From the NCBI GenBank assembly GCA_052327205.1, contig CM126215.1, forward strand, positions 99,448,001 through 99,512,000: a stretch of DNA of 64,000 nucleotides, written 5' to 3'. Numbering within the stretch: position 1 is the stretch's first letter; the number at the start of each line of letters is the position of its first letter. Shown here piece by piece: positions 49,904 through 63,770 of the stretch. The notes beneath the pieces were generated by a model. The model did no database searches. It worked only from the letters and a program-made list of their open reading frames with translations, and was not told where the DNA came from. The stretch comes from Somniosus microcephalus (lineage: Eukaryota). The position numbers were made by a program, and so were the translations under genes.

Positions 49904-50028
49904 TATAGCCAACGAAGTACTTTTGAAGAGTAATCATTGTTGTAATGTAGGAAACACAGTAGCCAATTTGCACACAGCAAGCTCCCACGAATAGCAATGA
50001 AATCAATGACCAGATCATCTGTTTCAGA

Positions 50029-50121
50029 AATAAAAACAAAATGCTGGAAATACTCAGCAGGCCAGGCAGCATCTGTAGAGAGAGAAACAGAGTTAACGTT
50101 TCAGGTCGATGACTGCTTTTG
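50029..50121. mobile_element. Single arm of the Penelope-like element
   Basis: Matches one arm of 15382..15614; flanked by a 13-bp duplication catctgtttcaga. Confidence 0.75.
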
Positions 50122-53100
50122 CATCTGTTTCAGATGTTGGTTGAGGGATAAATGTTGGCCAGGACACCAGGAAGAACTCCCTTGCTCTTCTTCGAATAGT
50201 GCCACGGGATCTTTTACATCCTTGGTTGGTTTAGCGTCTCATCTGAAGGATGGCACCTCCGACAGTGCAGCACTTCCCTCAGTACTGCACTGAAGTACCA
50301 GCCTAGATTATATGCTTGGCAACTCAACACTGTTGAACTCGTGAGCTCCTCAGCCTTTCCTTTCTTTTACAACTGCCAGGCTTTTAAAACCCAAAGCTGG
50401 CATTACCCAGCACCATTTCTTGATTTACCTTGCGCCATTTACAGGCTTGGTGGAGCACTGCACCATAGAGCTGGCCCTTCACTTAAGTTCGTCAATCAAA
50501 AGACGTGTGCTGTATTAGTAATAGAGGAGCTAGTATTCATTTAGTAAGATCTTGGCTAGATATTTAAATGGTGTGCCTCTCTATTACAAATAATGAAAAT
50601 TTCCTGCACATATGACACGTGTTTGCAGCACGATAGCAGGCTAGTATCCTATATTATATAATACATATCATAATTCTTATTACGGGATTGAATTCCACTG
50701 TTCTAGTCCCATTTGATTATCTTATGCAAATGTACATTATTGTTGGATGAATCCTTTATTATTTGGAATTCAACTGATCAAGAGGTAATAGGCTTTACAA
50801 CATACAGCCTATTCCCTTAAAGCACAAAGGTGATCTTTTATAACTTAATAATATTTCCTGTATTTCCCTGTGTGCGTGGGTCAGCATGGATTACAACTTT
50901 CAGTGCAATTACTTCCTTCATGAACATTTTCAATCCACACAGATATAAACCCATTAATTGCTTCCTCCACTTTCACCAGAATATGACAAGAACAATGTCT
51001 CTTGATGCTTCACCTCAAGCCCACACACACAGTTAACATGGTGCATAATACTGTACCACCAATTAGCCTCTTGTGTTAGCCATAGGAAGGCTCAGGTGCA
51101 TGAACGTCAACCTGAGAAAATCACTTGAACGCCATTAACTCCACTTGCTTATACAGCCGTCCGACAATTATCTGGGTGAAAAAAGTAGATCTCTATTAAT
51201 GAACATTGCTTTGCTTTGCTAACTCTGGTGTGCTAACCTCATGGCACATAAACACCTGCTTGTACACTATTATCTAAATAATTCATCTTAACATTATTAG
51301 TGCTGATTCTGCAGTACTCAGAAAACACAGTAAAAGTTTGGAATTCTCCACTATCTTTTGTGAAATGACAGTTTTATGGCTGGAATATTTAATCATAAAA
51401 TCCTAGAAATTCCAGTTTACAGTATTATTAGCCCACTAGCACTCAATGTGTTCATGTGACATTCCTTTTGTTCACTATTTGAGTGGAAGCATTAACCCAT
51501 TTAAAATAGACTGGTTATAATAACAAAGGAATGCCATACAAACATGTTAAGCCACTAATAGTACCGGCAGTAATTACCATCCCCGTCTCATTGCTCCACC
51601 CAGACAGTCCCCACATGGTAGAATGAGAAGGACTGCAGGTGGAGCTTTTTTCAAATCACAAATTTGAAACAGTTCACAATCATTATTATTATAAAAAATA
51701 CAACAGACTGGATGCATCCAATTTGACCCCATTTGAAGAAGATTCCTCTGAGAATTTGATGTAGCAAAGTCTTAAAGATGTTTGTAAAGACCGAGCGCAC
51801 AGATGGAACCTTCCCAGAGGAGTTTTTTTTATCTTGCAGGAAAGTTTTGCAGTCTCTTTAAAATCATTATGTAGGCTTTTGGATAAGATGCTGAATAGAA
51901 TTTGCCGCACATTTATACAAGGTATACAGCACTATCATCCTGAGAATTTAGCACAGCCATTTTGTTGCCTGTATCTATAAGAGTCAGCAAATAATACAGT
52001 TCAGGATGCAAAATTTGTTAATTGGCTTTGTGTAAAACACCAGTATCATCTCACTCAATTCTACAATTTGTCTGCGTCTCTTGGCAGGTGACTATGTTGT
52101 GCTTGGTCTGGTCCCAATGTTGGATCAATGGCTTAGAGCATAATTCCCGATTAAGTACACAAGAATCTAAAGGAAAACAGTCACTTAACCAACCACTCAT
52201 CTACCTAGAGAAGAGATCTCTGAGGTTGCCACCTGCTCGCTTGCAATATTAAATATGCCAGTATAACAAAAATGACTATATTAATACTATAGCAAGCCAT
52301 TACGTTGCTGCGTAACTATAGCTTGCGTGTCTGATTTAAAAGAAGCCTTCTGATATTTTCGTATCCTATCGCTCCTCCATATGGAGGATAACTCTGTCAG
52401 AATTACACATGGGAACAAAAAGAACTGTCAAGAGGGCAATAGATCTTGCAGTCATTTGGGTGTTTTCATAATATATAGAAGACCCCAAAACAGTGCAGAT
52501 AGTTTAGCATCAATGGAAAAACTTGTAGAAGATGCATACGTAGGCCAGATTCAAAGTCCACTATTGTCATATTTGCTGCATCTAATTTTCTGATAAAATA
52601 ACTTCCCGCTGCTGTAAAAAGCAAACGGAAAGACTGAAGCTTCTGGATAAGCTAGAGTGATGCACACTGCTCCAACCTGTAATTTAAATACAAGCTGATC
52701 AGACACTTAACCAATCATCGCTCCATTTGGACAAAGAGCACAGCAAGGAGTCAATAGTATCACACGCACAACACCTCCAAATGTTCTTAGCAGCCACCAA
52801 GATCACATTTTCGAGCCGTCTGTCTGCCTCTAGCTGCACCTTTGTGCTATGCCACTCCGGAGTTGAAATCCCTCTGTGATATTAGTAATAAATACTTTAA
52901 TTCCAGTAGAATCTCTTGTGCTTGCTATTTAATAAAGATGCTAACCTGTTTTTAGAACAGTGGTCAATGAATTTTCATTACTAGTATTTGACACAGAATT
53001 TCAAACTATTAATGTACAAAACAAAGTTATAGTGAAACAAAAAAAATTCTAAATAGAAGTAAGATGGCATCTGGGATATAGTTTGTGCTGATGAAGGTGA

Positions 53101-53874
53101 TAACAATAATTGGCACTTTGATTTATTTCTGTAGTGTTGACTCCTTTTTATTTATTTCTCTTGCGCTAATGTCATTCTAAAGTCATTTTTCTCCCCCAGT
53201 TCAGCTCAACCCTTACCACATATGAATTTACTTGACTGGGTGTAATTATGGTCTGGGTGACTAATGAGTTTACTCATCTGTCAAATCACTTCTTGATTTT
53301 GATGAACTTTTACACTTTAAGATTGAGCTGATCACATTATCGTCATCATCAGACCAATCTTCGGACTTCTGAGCTTTTGATTAGCTGTGGAAAAGTCTTT
53401 CGGAGCAGGTTTTAAGCACTTGAAACCTAGATTTTTTTTTTTACCACTTCCGAAATGGAAGGTGGGAGCCAGATGAAAGAGGAAAACAAATAAGGGAGAA
53501 ACATTTCTCATTTTTAATCTGACTGAAAAAAGTCCAGAGTAAAGAGTGGCAGGATGTTGGAGAAAGCAATACTCAATGAATCATCCTGTTTAATGTTGCT
53601 GTCAGCATTCCCGCCCCTCAACAACAGGAGTAGGAAAGGCTGGGGAAAAAGTGAAAATGAAAGGGCAAGTTAACTTATTAAGAGCATAATTGTTCAGTAT
53701 TCTATAGCTGTGGAGTTCATGTCAAAATGTAGGCTTATACTCCCATGTCAGACCTGAAGTTAGGTCGGAGTCACAGCAAAGAAGCTTTCCTAATATCACC
53801 AGAGCAGTAAGAGAATTGAATAATACAAAGGAGTTTTCTGTTTGAGAGCATGGGTGTAGTGGCCAGTTGCAGTG

Positions 53875-54130
53875 GAGCAGGAGGAGGAGAGGACGGTAGC
53901 ACAGAGGGCATAGGGTGCACAAGACCAATAACAGTTACATAGGCATTGTAGAGGAGCGGTGCGTGAGGAGATGCAGGCTCACCAGGAACGCACTGGGAAA
54001 TGGCCATAGATATCTGGGTGTTAAACTCCTCCACACTATCCAGGGTACCTTCCAATAATGAGTGTAAGCAGGTCAGTGATTGGTCAGTAAGATGCTACTT
54101 TTGTACTAGCTGCCAGTTCAAAGCAGCCCC
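53875..54130 (+). pseudogene. Harbinger transposase relic, N-terminal part
   Basis: RRRRGR*HRGHRVHKTNNSYIGIVEERCVRRCRLTR and FCTSCQFKAA resemble the HARBI-like EEQCxRRxR and FxxGSFQ motifs. Confidence 0.5.
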
Positions 54131-54747
54131 ATGCAACCCTGTAGGTGCACCCAGCAGGTTGGGACCCCCGCTCTGTACGAATGAGCCACTCATCAACTTA
54201 TCCCTACTATTACTCCTTCCTCACTAGTGTTCATGGCCTCACCCTGTGGATCATCATCAATATCACTATTGCAATATCCTATAGTTTGTGTTTCTGATTT
54301 GCTCACAGCTTCAAGTAGGGATGGGAATGGTCAGTGTTCAGGTGGCTGGTTGTCCATCAGTTCTGTTTGTTTTGTTACATTATGAGCATGCTTGTCCATT
54401 GGGTTTGTATTGTCATTTACCTGCACTTTTTGTGCTTGTCCACAATCAGTGTGTGCATTTTGATGTAACATATTGTGCAAATCATAGAATATATGGTTAA
54501 CATAGCACATACCACTAGCGCTACCCTCTTATCCAAATGCCACAGCCCCAAAGACTCCTAAACTCTCAAGTGTTTTGATGTCTGGGGATTCACTTGATGT
54601 ACGCTGTTACACTTAACATTTTTGCTTTGAAACATAAGAGTAATGGAGATTGAGACACGGTGATTTGGCCCATGGAAATTGCTTTGTCTAGTACATTCTC
54701 TCTGCCATCATGGCATCCATAATGTAACTAGCATAACGCTACTATTT

Positions 54748-55750
54748 AGTCATAGAGTCATAGAGTAATACAGCACGGATAGAGGCCCTTCGGCCCATCG
54801 TGACCGCGCCGGCCATCAAGCCCTGTCTAATCTAATCCCATATTCCAGCATTTTGCCCGTAGCCTTGTATGCTATGGCATTTCAAGTGCACATCCAAATG
54901 CTTCTTAAATGTTGTGAGGGTTTCTGCCTCCACAACCCTTTCAGGCAGAGAGTTCCAGACTCCAACCACCCTCTGGGTGAAAAAGTTCTTTCTCAAATCC
55001 CCTCTAAACCTCCCGCCCTTTACCTTGAATCTATGCCCCCTAGTTATTGACCCCTCTACTAAGGGAAAAAGCTCCTCAGCATCCATCCTATCTATGCCCC
55101 TCATAATTTTGTACACCTCAATCATGTCCCCCCTCAGCCTCCTCAGCTCCAAGGAAAACAAACCCAACCTGCCCAGTCTCTCTTCATAGCTGAAGCGCTC
55201 CAGCCCTGGTAACATCCTGGTGAACCTCCTCTGCACCCTCTCTAACGCGATCACATCCTTCCTGTAGTGTGGCGACCAGAACTGCACACAATATTCCAGC
55301 TGTGGCCTAACCAGTGTTTTATACAGCTCCATCATAACCACCTTGCTCTTATATTCAATGCCTCGGCTAATGAAGGCAAGTATCCCATATGCCTTTTTTA
55401 CCACCTTATCCACCTGTTCCGCCGCCTTCAGGGATCTGTGTACTTGCACACCCAGATCCCTCTGCACCTCCGTCTTGCCTAGGGTCTTCCCATTCATTGT
55501 GTATTCCTTTGCCTTGTTAGTCCCCCCAAAGTGCATCACCTCGCACTTTTCCGGGTTAAATTCCATTTGCCACTGTTCCGCCCATCTGACCAACCCATCT
55601 ATATCGTCCTGCAGACTGAGGCTACCCTCCTCGCTATTTACCACCCTACCAATTTTTGTATCATCCGCGAACTTACTGATCATACCCTTTACATTCATAT
55701 CCAAGTCATTAATGTAGACCACAAACAGCAAGGGACCCAGCACCGATCCC
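54748..55750 (-). mobile_element. Young CR1 LINE 3' ~1 kb with open RT C-terminus
   Basis: 303-aa ORF 54832..55743 (LGPLLFVVYINDLD..KFADDTK..WQMEFNPEKC), ctatgact tail. Confidence 0.95.
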
Positions 55751-58274
55751 TCAACACTTTACTTACCACATCCTTGTTTGCATCTGACTGTAGCACTACA
55801 GAATTTTTTCCAATATATCTTTTATAACAGCTGCTACCTCTGGGTATGTCCTGCGCTCCGAAAATAAAGTCATATTTCTGCACCTTCTTCCAGACCTCCC
55901 GCCAAAGTGGTGAGATGGTGATGACCATGCCTGCGATGAACTGCCATGCTCCTTGCCTTCTTTGCATGCTAAGGGGCTGTCCTCTTCCACCAAAAATATA
56001 TTTGCATCAATCCATTACTGTGCTCGCCAGCACTTACAGGACCTTGCCACTAAATTGTTTTTTTTTCTCACTTCCTTACTGGTCAGACACGTTCTCCGAC
56101 AATCCATACTTCACAGCTGGATTATTGAGGTTTTTGACATTTACTGTGGTTAGGAGCCTCATTAGCTGCTTGAGAAGCGTTAAAGGATCGTTATTGCAGA
56201 TGTGCGTGATCCAAAACCGCTACTTTGTTGCTGCTAATGAAATCCCATTCTCGCAGATCGTATGTTTCCGAGCTGCACTGCCCTGTGATGTTCTTACCGT
56301 TTCATCACGACTTAGGAGAGACGAGCTTTTCTCCTGCTTTGAATGAAATGGCAAATTTTTGGCTATGATTTTGGGAGGGGAAAAAGGGGCTAGAAAAATA
56401 GGTTCAATTAGGACAAAAAAGAACAAAGTTAAAATAATAACAAATAGGAGAGAAAGAATGGGGGGAGGAAGGAAACTAGGAAATGCTTAAGAAGTGCTTA
56501 GTTTCTTTAATTAACTTTTATTGAAATTGTTCAAAGCATTTATTTTTAGAGCTCAGGGCTCAGGTTACAGTAATAAATCTACTCCTGGCACTTGAACACC
56601 TTCCTTACAACAATGTTTGTTTTAGCCTAATAATGTACAAACTAATAGCTTTAAAAAATGTTCGGCCCAATGAACAGATCATGTCTTTGGACCGGCACTC
56701 TAAGGGTTAAAACAAAGCAACCTGCTGATTATAACATTCTGATTTAAATATTGCCTTGCATGTAATTAGTATGTAAAATAGCGGTTCCGTTTAAAATATA
56801 CTGAAATCATTTGAGGAGCAATAATATAAAGACATAAACTGCTTCTGAAGGAGAAATAAATAGGTGACAGATCTGTAAAATATTCAAATTAATTTAGTCA
56901 GTTTAACATCCAGCTGTGTTTTTCTCAGCCTACAGCGGTTTTATCTTCTACAATCGAGAGCTGGCAGAGGATTCTCTGCACAAGTACCATGCTGTGGTGT
57001 TTGCTCCAGCAGGATTTAAATACACTAATTCATTCTTTCCTAGGATCACGAATCTGTGAAACTCCTCACCTACCCCTCGTCATCTCTACCTCCATCAATC
57101 GACAGGCTTTAAAGCCCAACTTTGGCTTCACTTGATCGTCACTTTCTGATTCATCTGACCGCCAGTTCTTCTCTAGGATTTAAATCGGGTTGTATTAGGT
57201 ATTAGTGTCAGCATGCTGGATGAAAATCCGCCGCCTGCTATTTTAATGAATGTATTGACCTGTTTAAAGAGTAGATGGGTTAACACCGACATTAAAACAG
57301 CAGAAAAAGTAATCATGTTCTCAGCCTGAGTTTGCAGCACTTTTGGCTTTGGTCCTTCCGCTGAATTTGAAAAACCAGAGAATTTCAGAAAGACCGAGGA
57401 CTTGAAACAGGTCCACTTTAAACAAAAGAGCTCAGACATCAGGGCTCCGAAATTCTGTTCTGGTCCTGGCACTTCTCTGGCAGAACTGACAAGCAGGGAC
57501 TGGAAAACAGAGTGTAACCCAGTTACACCAGGATTCTGTCCCAGGAATTCCACCCAGTGCATCCTTATAAGGTCTCGACTGAACTCTTGCCAGCTGAGAC
57601 CTGGTGAGAGATCCATCGAGTTCCTTGGAAGGAGCCCAGAATGTTTGCAGACAAAGGTCCTGGAGAGGATGGATAACTCTTGTTCTGCCAGCAAATAGGA
57701 GCTGAAGATTTTGTGAAACCTAACTCAATCTTCGGCCTGGGAATGGCCTCGGGGTCCCTGTGGCAGATGGCTGGAGGCAGCTCTGAGTTACAATGGTGGT
57801 CTAGGATGGGTGTCGGTGATGTGCCCTTACCAGTGTGGAACGTCATGTGGACTATACCGATGGCCCTGCCGCCACACTTTGGGGTGGGGCTCACAGCAAC
57901 TGATCTCGGTGTGCTCATGGCCCACACACCGCACTTCTGCTGGCGGAGCAGGTCGATCTGAATTTCAGCCGCTGTGACCTTTATGATCTCACAAAGCTTA
58001 ATCTATGGCAGCTCCTGTATCTGCCACAGCACAAGCTGGCATTGCAGTTCTCTGTATTTGTTTGTATTTTGATTAATTTTAAAAAATTAAACTTCACATA
58101 AATAAAAGTTTTAATGAGGCACAACATCATCAGTGACACCGTGACATACCTCTTTAATATTTCCCTCAATCTAAATGATTTAGCCCCTCAAACAGAACTG
58201 AAATAGTTTTATAATTCCCCATAAAGGTAGTTACCCAATTGTTGGATAACCTGGAGCATATTAAGAAACTCCGT

Positions 58275-59011
58275 GGGGGGGGGGAATTTTAACCCACAAA
58301 AACGGGCGGGTTTGGGTCGGGTGAGATGTGAAAATTTTTTTAAACCTCAAACCCGAACCAAACCCGCTCACTTCTGGTTTTAACAGAGGTGGGATGGGGT
58401 GTGGGGGGGGGCGGGCAACCAACCCGCTCCCAGGAGGCGGGTTGTTCATTTAAATATTATAATGAGGCTGCATGCCTCATATTTAACCTATCTTCCAGGT
58501 TTAACCCTGGCCGGCCAAGTTTCCCTGGTCTTGGGAGGCGATTACTGCTTTATGGAAGAGGTAAGTGCCTTTACAGCACTGCTTGTGGGCTAAGAGGAGC
58601 AGGAGTGCTTCCTCCCCGCCCATCAAGCTTAACTGCTTCCCTGCCCGCCATCGGAACCGCCCCAGATCCAAAGCCTGTGCCCTCTCCCCCCCCCCCCCCG
58701 CCATCACCGACCCCTCCCGCGATCAGTTCAACCGCACGGGATCGGACAACCCCCCCCGGGATCGGCAACCACCGCCCCTCGCACCCCCAGGATCAGAGCC
58801 CCCTCAAGATCTGGACCCCCTCCCATGCGACAAATAAACCCAGCTACAGGCTCCCAACCTGCTCCTGGCCTGAGGCCTCTTTCGGAGCTGCTGGGAAAAA
58901 AAGACGCACGCTGTGACGTTAAAACTGCACAGTATGCGGGGAAACCCGAACCCCGACCAAAAGTCCTCCCCCTCCCCCACCGCTCACAAAACCCGCCCCA
59001 GTCAAGATCAA
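58275..59011. mobile_element. GC-rich non-autonomous DNA transposon (Harbinger-type MITE)
   Basis: ggggaattttaac..gggcgggttt left end, aaacccgccc..aagatc right end; abrupt GC shift. Confidence 0.55.
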
Positions 59012-60020
59012 GAGGATGTATACGAACATCAATAAATCTCAGCTGTTTTATTGTGAGATTGCAACAATTTAATTTAAAAACATGGCAGTACATCACCATT
59101 GGTTTCATTGACCTCTTGAGATTAAAATTAAGATAGATTTACATCTATTTAAGATAGGTTTAGATCTATTTAACATGGTTTGCTCCAGTATTTGCTGAAC
59201 GTGCAATTATCCTTCAAACACATAATCTGGTTTCAAGTTACTCAATAATTACGTTTTATTCCATTTGAAAAAAATGTTTGTCTAGATCCCCGTTACTTAG
59301 TCCTCTCCCACTATTTTCCATTGCTGCTCTCCACCATTGTGCTTCTTCTTTTAGATGAAGTGGGTGGACCAAGAACTGGGAAAAACTCACCTTACTAAAG
59401 CGGGCTGGTGAGATGATCCCTCAGAACTTAGATTTGAGCTCATGACCCATGAAATTAAAGTGCTTCCCAATTGCATATTGCAACTCATGAAAGCTAGCCT
59501 GCTGTATGGTTGTACGTGTTTTAACGAGTCTCTGCAACAGACACCAGAGACACTGTGAAACTGATGTACTTTAGGCAACATTGGATTTATACAGAATACT
59601 ACTGAGTGGAAAAATAAGGAACTTCTATATTTGATGATCTACTAAAGCGGGGTTTTTACACTTTTGCTACCTCACTTGTTTTTCACCCTGGCAGAAAATT
59701 TTGCCAATTGTGGAAAATCTGTATTAACAAATTGCATGTGACAATAGATTTAAGATCAGCAAAAGTTTTGGTTTATGGTAATAAGCTTAGTGGAATCAAA
59801 ATAAGGAGAAGAACTGTCTTCAAACAGTTAGATTGAAATCATGCTGTCTAATATTAGTAACAAGTGCATTTCTAATTTCTCATCTGGATTAATGCCTTGG
59901 TTAAGTTTGTAGACAAAGGAACGTATTTTGTTTAATTTTAACCCAAATGTCTTGCTTTCATCTATAAATAAGCTTTACTTTTCCTTCAAGGTCACACAAG
60001 GATGTGCTCACGTATATGAC

Positions 60021-60660
60021 GTCAGCTGAGGCTCAGTTGGTAGCACACTTGCCTCTGAGTCTACGTCCCCCTCCAGGGACTTGAACACATAAAGCTAGGC
60101 TGACACTCCAGTGCAGTGCTGAGGGAGTGTTGCACTGTCGGAGGTGCCGTCTTTCAGAAGAGTCGTTAAACCGAGGCCCCATCTGCTCTCTCAGGTGGAT
60201 GTAAAATATCCCATGGTGCTATTTCAAAGAAGAGTAGGTATTACGTCCGTGAACGATTGAGACACGGACAGCAGGAGTTGAACAAAACACGTCTTTACTG
60301 ATGGAAGTCAATAGTGAAACTGAAAACAACAGAGGCTCACTAGCGCCTTTTATACAGGGGTGGTCACTGCCGGTACTGCAGTCTGAGACCAGTTATTCTC
60401 TTAAAGGTACATACACAACAGTAGGGGAGTTATCCCCGGTGTCCTGGCCAATATTTGTCCCGCAACCAACATAACAAAAACAGATTATTTGGTCATTATC
60501 ACATTTGCTGTTTGTGGGACCTTGCTGTGCGCAAATTGGCTGCCGCGTTTCCCACATTACAACAGTGACTACATGCAAAAAGTACTTCATTGGCTGTAAA
60601 GCGCTTTGAGATGTCCGGTGGTTGTGAAAGGTGCTATATAAATGCAAGTCTTTCTTTCTT
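60021..60660 (+). mobile_element. Near full-length Deu-domain SINE with nested solo LTR
   Basis: Collinear with 20982..21448 apart from 60239..60420. Confidence 0.88.
60239..60420 (-). mobile_element. Solo LTR (182 bp)
   Basis: 5-bp TSD GTAGG; - strand reads TGTTGTG...GTAATA (CA end mutated); TATAAAAG and AGTAAA on the - strand. Confidence 0.75.
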
Positions 60661-60689
60661 ATAATCATTTAAAAAAAAATCTTTCTCAG

Positions 60690-60839
60690 GGTGGAAAAAT
60701 CCCCATTCGATGGACTGCGCCGGAAGCCATAGCGTACCGCAAGTTCACCTCAGCTAGTGACGTGTGGAGTTACGGGATTGTTCTGTGGGAGGTGATGTCA
60801 TACGGAGAGAGGCCTTACTGGGAAATGTCCAATCAGGAT
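60690..60839 (+). CDS. epha3: epha3 exon 14: [50 protein letters not shown]
   Basis: ctttctcag|GGT acceptor, GAT|gtgagt donor, 150 nt. Confidence 0.97.
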
Positions 60840-62099
60840 GTGAGTATCTTCTGTGAATTGTTCTTTCGAAAATGTGTCAAGCTGGGTGAGGAAGTCAAGC
60901 ATGGGAATGCCAGGTGGCCACGCATCTCTGTCATTGAGAGCAACAGAGATGGCGTGGAAAGAAAATTTTCAGTGCTGAGGAGTAGTTTAAGCATCTTATT
61001 AGTACAGACACTTTTAATAAATGAAAAACGCCAAATGTAAATTGGGAAAAAAAGTGTGATAATTCACCGGAGTAACCAAGGACTAGGAAAAAAATTATTA
61101 CACTATATGAAAAGCAAATCGGGAAACTATGCTTGCTCTGACTGTTTGAGAAAATCTATAATTTGTTCACAGTAATCCCTTAAAAACAGTTAGCACTAGC
61201 CCTAGCACTAACTTTGCTAGTGTTACCAGTGAACAGTGTATCCTATAGGGAGTAGGGTGTGCAGAGCTCATGTCTACTAATGCAGCACACCACAAGTTTA
61301 TTCCTATAATTCCTCACGTCATGCATTCCTAGTCTCAAGTTGTTGGGCAAAAGATGTAGAGTGGGGATACACTTCTGTGTCAAAGTAGCTTTTAATTTTT
61401 TTTCTGGATTGCAGATATTAAAAAAAAAAAAAAGTTCTCTTGATTTTGACTGGGGTGTAAAGGCCTCTGATTTGTGCTGACCCATGCAGGCCATTTCCTC
61501 CTGGGTATCCCAGTAGAATTCCAATATATCAATATGAAAGCATCATGCAAATTAATATTCAGCAGCTTTAACTGTCGCTTTGCGCCATCAAATAAATATG
61601 AGGTGCATTTTCCCACCTGGTTAATGCCTGCATTGAAAAAGTACATCGAAGAATTCAGTACGAATGCATTATGCAGTTGTACAGGAACAGCACGGGTTGG
61701 AAAATATACACCCAAGTGACAACACATCAAGGCCCTGTGGTACAGCAAAGCATACATCAAAATCAGAATTCTGTTTAACATCATAAATTGTGTACATGAA
61801 GCTAATGTCTGCCTCTCACAGGATGTAGGATGTGTATTTCAGTATGTGATGCATGTATATGTCATTATAATGCATACAAGAAGCAACATTCCACTGTAAC
61901 ATACGGGGAAACAGAACCTGGAGATCATTGCTGTTCAAACCATGTGATAATTTCAGGAACCTGGGATCTGTCACAGTCCACCATGACATCCTTTGCTAAC
62001 AAAAAAAATACTGTTTGAAAGCAGATTAAAACAATCTTTAGTTGCTCTGCCTTTTAAAACAATCTTTAGATGCTCTGCCTTTTAAATTGCAAGAACTTG

Positions 62100-62500
62100 G
62101 TCTCCAACATTCTTCATTTTTTTTTTGCAGCTCTGCCTCGTCTCCTTTTCCCATCCCCATCGTGACAGCCTTGTCTCCTCTTCTTCTTCCAACTCTGTTC
62201 CCTCCTAGTTTCCTCTCTCCTTTATCCTCTCAGTGTGGCCCTACTTGATCTTTCTCTCTTTCTCTCATGTTGTGACTCTGCCTTAATTCCTTTCACCGTT
62301 TCCTATTGTGACCTTGCCTTGTCACCTCCTCTTAATCCCACAGTGACCCTTTCTGGTCTCCTCTCTATTTCCCCCCCCCCCCCCCATATCAACCCTCCCT
62401 GGTTTCCTCTTCCTCCTCACACTCTGACTCTGTTTACTTCTCTCTATTCCTTCTGCCAGTCTCATCCCATTATTGCCCTGCTCAAACTTCTTCTCCCCAC
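62100..62500. repeat. Pyrimidine (CT)-rich low-complexity tract
   Basis: Strong C/T bias on the + strand. Confidence 0.7.
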
Positions 62501-63313
62501 CACTACTGCGTAATTTGGCCTTTTATGTTTTAATAAAATTTCAGTAACCCAGTTTTTTGAAAACAAAATGCATTGTATGAATTCACATGGCCGCAGCTAT
62601 AATCCTATCATGCAGTCTAAAAATCTTATCGTGCAGTCTAATTGTGAGAAAATGTGTCTCCAACTCATCCTTATTCTACTGACCAATTTGCAAAGGTCTT
62701 GGAAGCTGTCCCAAAACTCCCCAGTGCAGTATCCCTTTAATAAACAGTAACCAAAAATATTGTTAATGTAATAGTCATCTCAAATGCTCCATTTACACTG
62801 TACCTTCTCCACCCACCCACACACACACACACAGATAACATTCGGTTCACATCAAGATGACCTGAGCTGAATGCGACCTGTGTGTTTATGCTGTGAGCTG
62901 GCCAGATTCAGTGTGTGCACCAGTCGTATTGAATTACCCGCCCCGCAGCACCAGCTGAATTTCATTTTCCACAGAAAACAGTAGGAGATTCACATCAGGC
63001 ATTTACATCAGTCTAGCGCCACTCCCCTCCTTCACTGCTGTGAGAGCAGCTCAGAGCTCAAGAGATGGATAGAGATGGGCTCTAAAGTCTCTTCTGAACT
63101 AAACCTGGCTTAGTTTAAATTCATCTGTATGTTTTCCAAGTGCAGTCAGCTCAGAAATATCCAGACTCAGGATTATATGAATTGAAAGATCAAACTTGGA
63201 ACTGAATCCCAGGCGTCAGGTGCAGCCCCTCTGAGCTGTTTTACGCCCAATCCAAATTAAGCACAAATGTTAATTCTCATAGGGTTTATTCTACATTATG
63301 ATCAGAGTGAATA

Positions 63314-63486
63314 GGGGCAATTTTTGACTTTGTGCAATAGTATAAAATGGGTGATAACGAATGGGCAGCCAGTTTTGGATCTCTCCTGATTTTTATTTCC
63401 ATTGAAGTCAATCGAGAGACTTGTAAAATGGGCTGCCGATTCGCTTTCACCCGATTTACACTATCACACAAAGCCCAAATTACCCC
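63314..63486. mobile_element. Palindromic MITE (~173 bp)
   Basis: ggggcaattt / aaattacccc ends; arms pair throughout (aatgggtgataacgaatgggcagcc vs ggctgccgattcgctttcacccgatt). Confidence 0.75.
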
Positions 63487-63770
63487 TACTGAGTCTGCAC
63501 CAGGTAGTTCTATTTAGCTGCAAATTTGCAGCTCCTGTATAAGGAGGGTTTTAAAATGTACATTTATCTGGATTTAAACACACCAGCCCTTGTTTCAGCA
63601 GTGCCCGAGCCTTGCTTTGTGCCAAAAGAGTCCCTACTGCATTAAAATCCATGATAAACACACGCTTTCTCTTTCATTATTGCTTAATTTGACCATATTC
63701 CTCAGAGGAGTAGTGTTTTATTGTGATACAGCGATTCACTGAAGTTGTCCTCTATTGAATCTTCATTCAG

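Larger units (their letters stand above)
49488..50315 (-). mobile_element. Deu-domain SINE interrupted by two nested insertions
   Basis: SINE text is continuous once 49551..49903 and 50029..50121 are removed. Confidence 0.85.

Noticed and set aside
54832-55743. 303-aa ORF as a host gene or active retroelement
   Set aside because: 5'-truncated CR1 ORF2 with only the RT C-terminus; no endonuclease, ORF1 or promoter
58389-58916. Pro-rich 175-aa ORF and G-quadruplex-like runs
   Set aside because: By-product of a GC-rich MITE with overlapping ORFs in many frames
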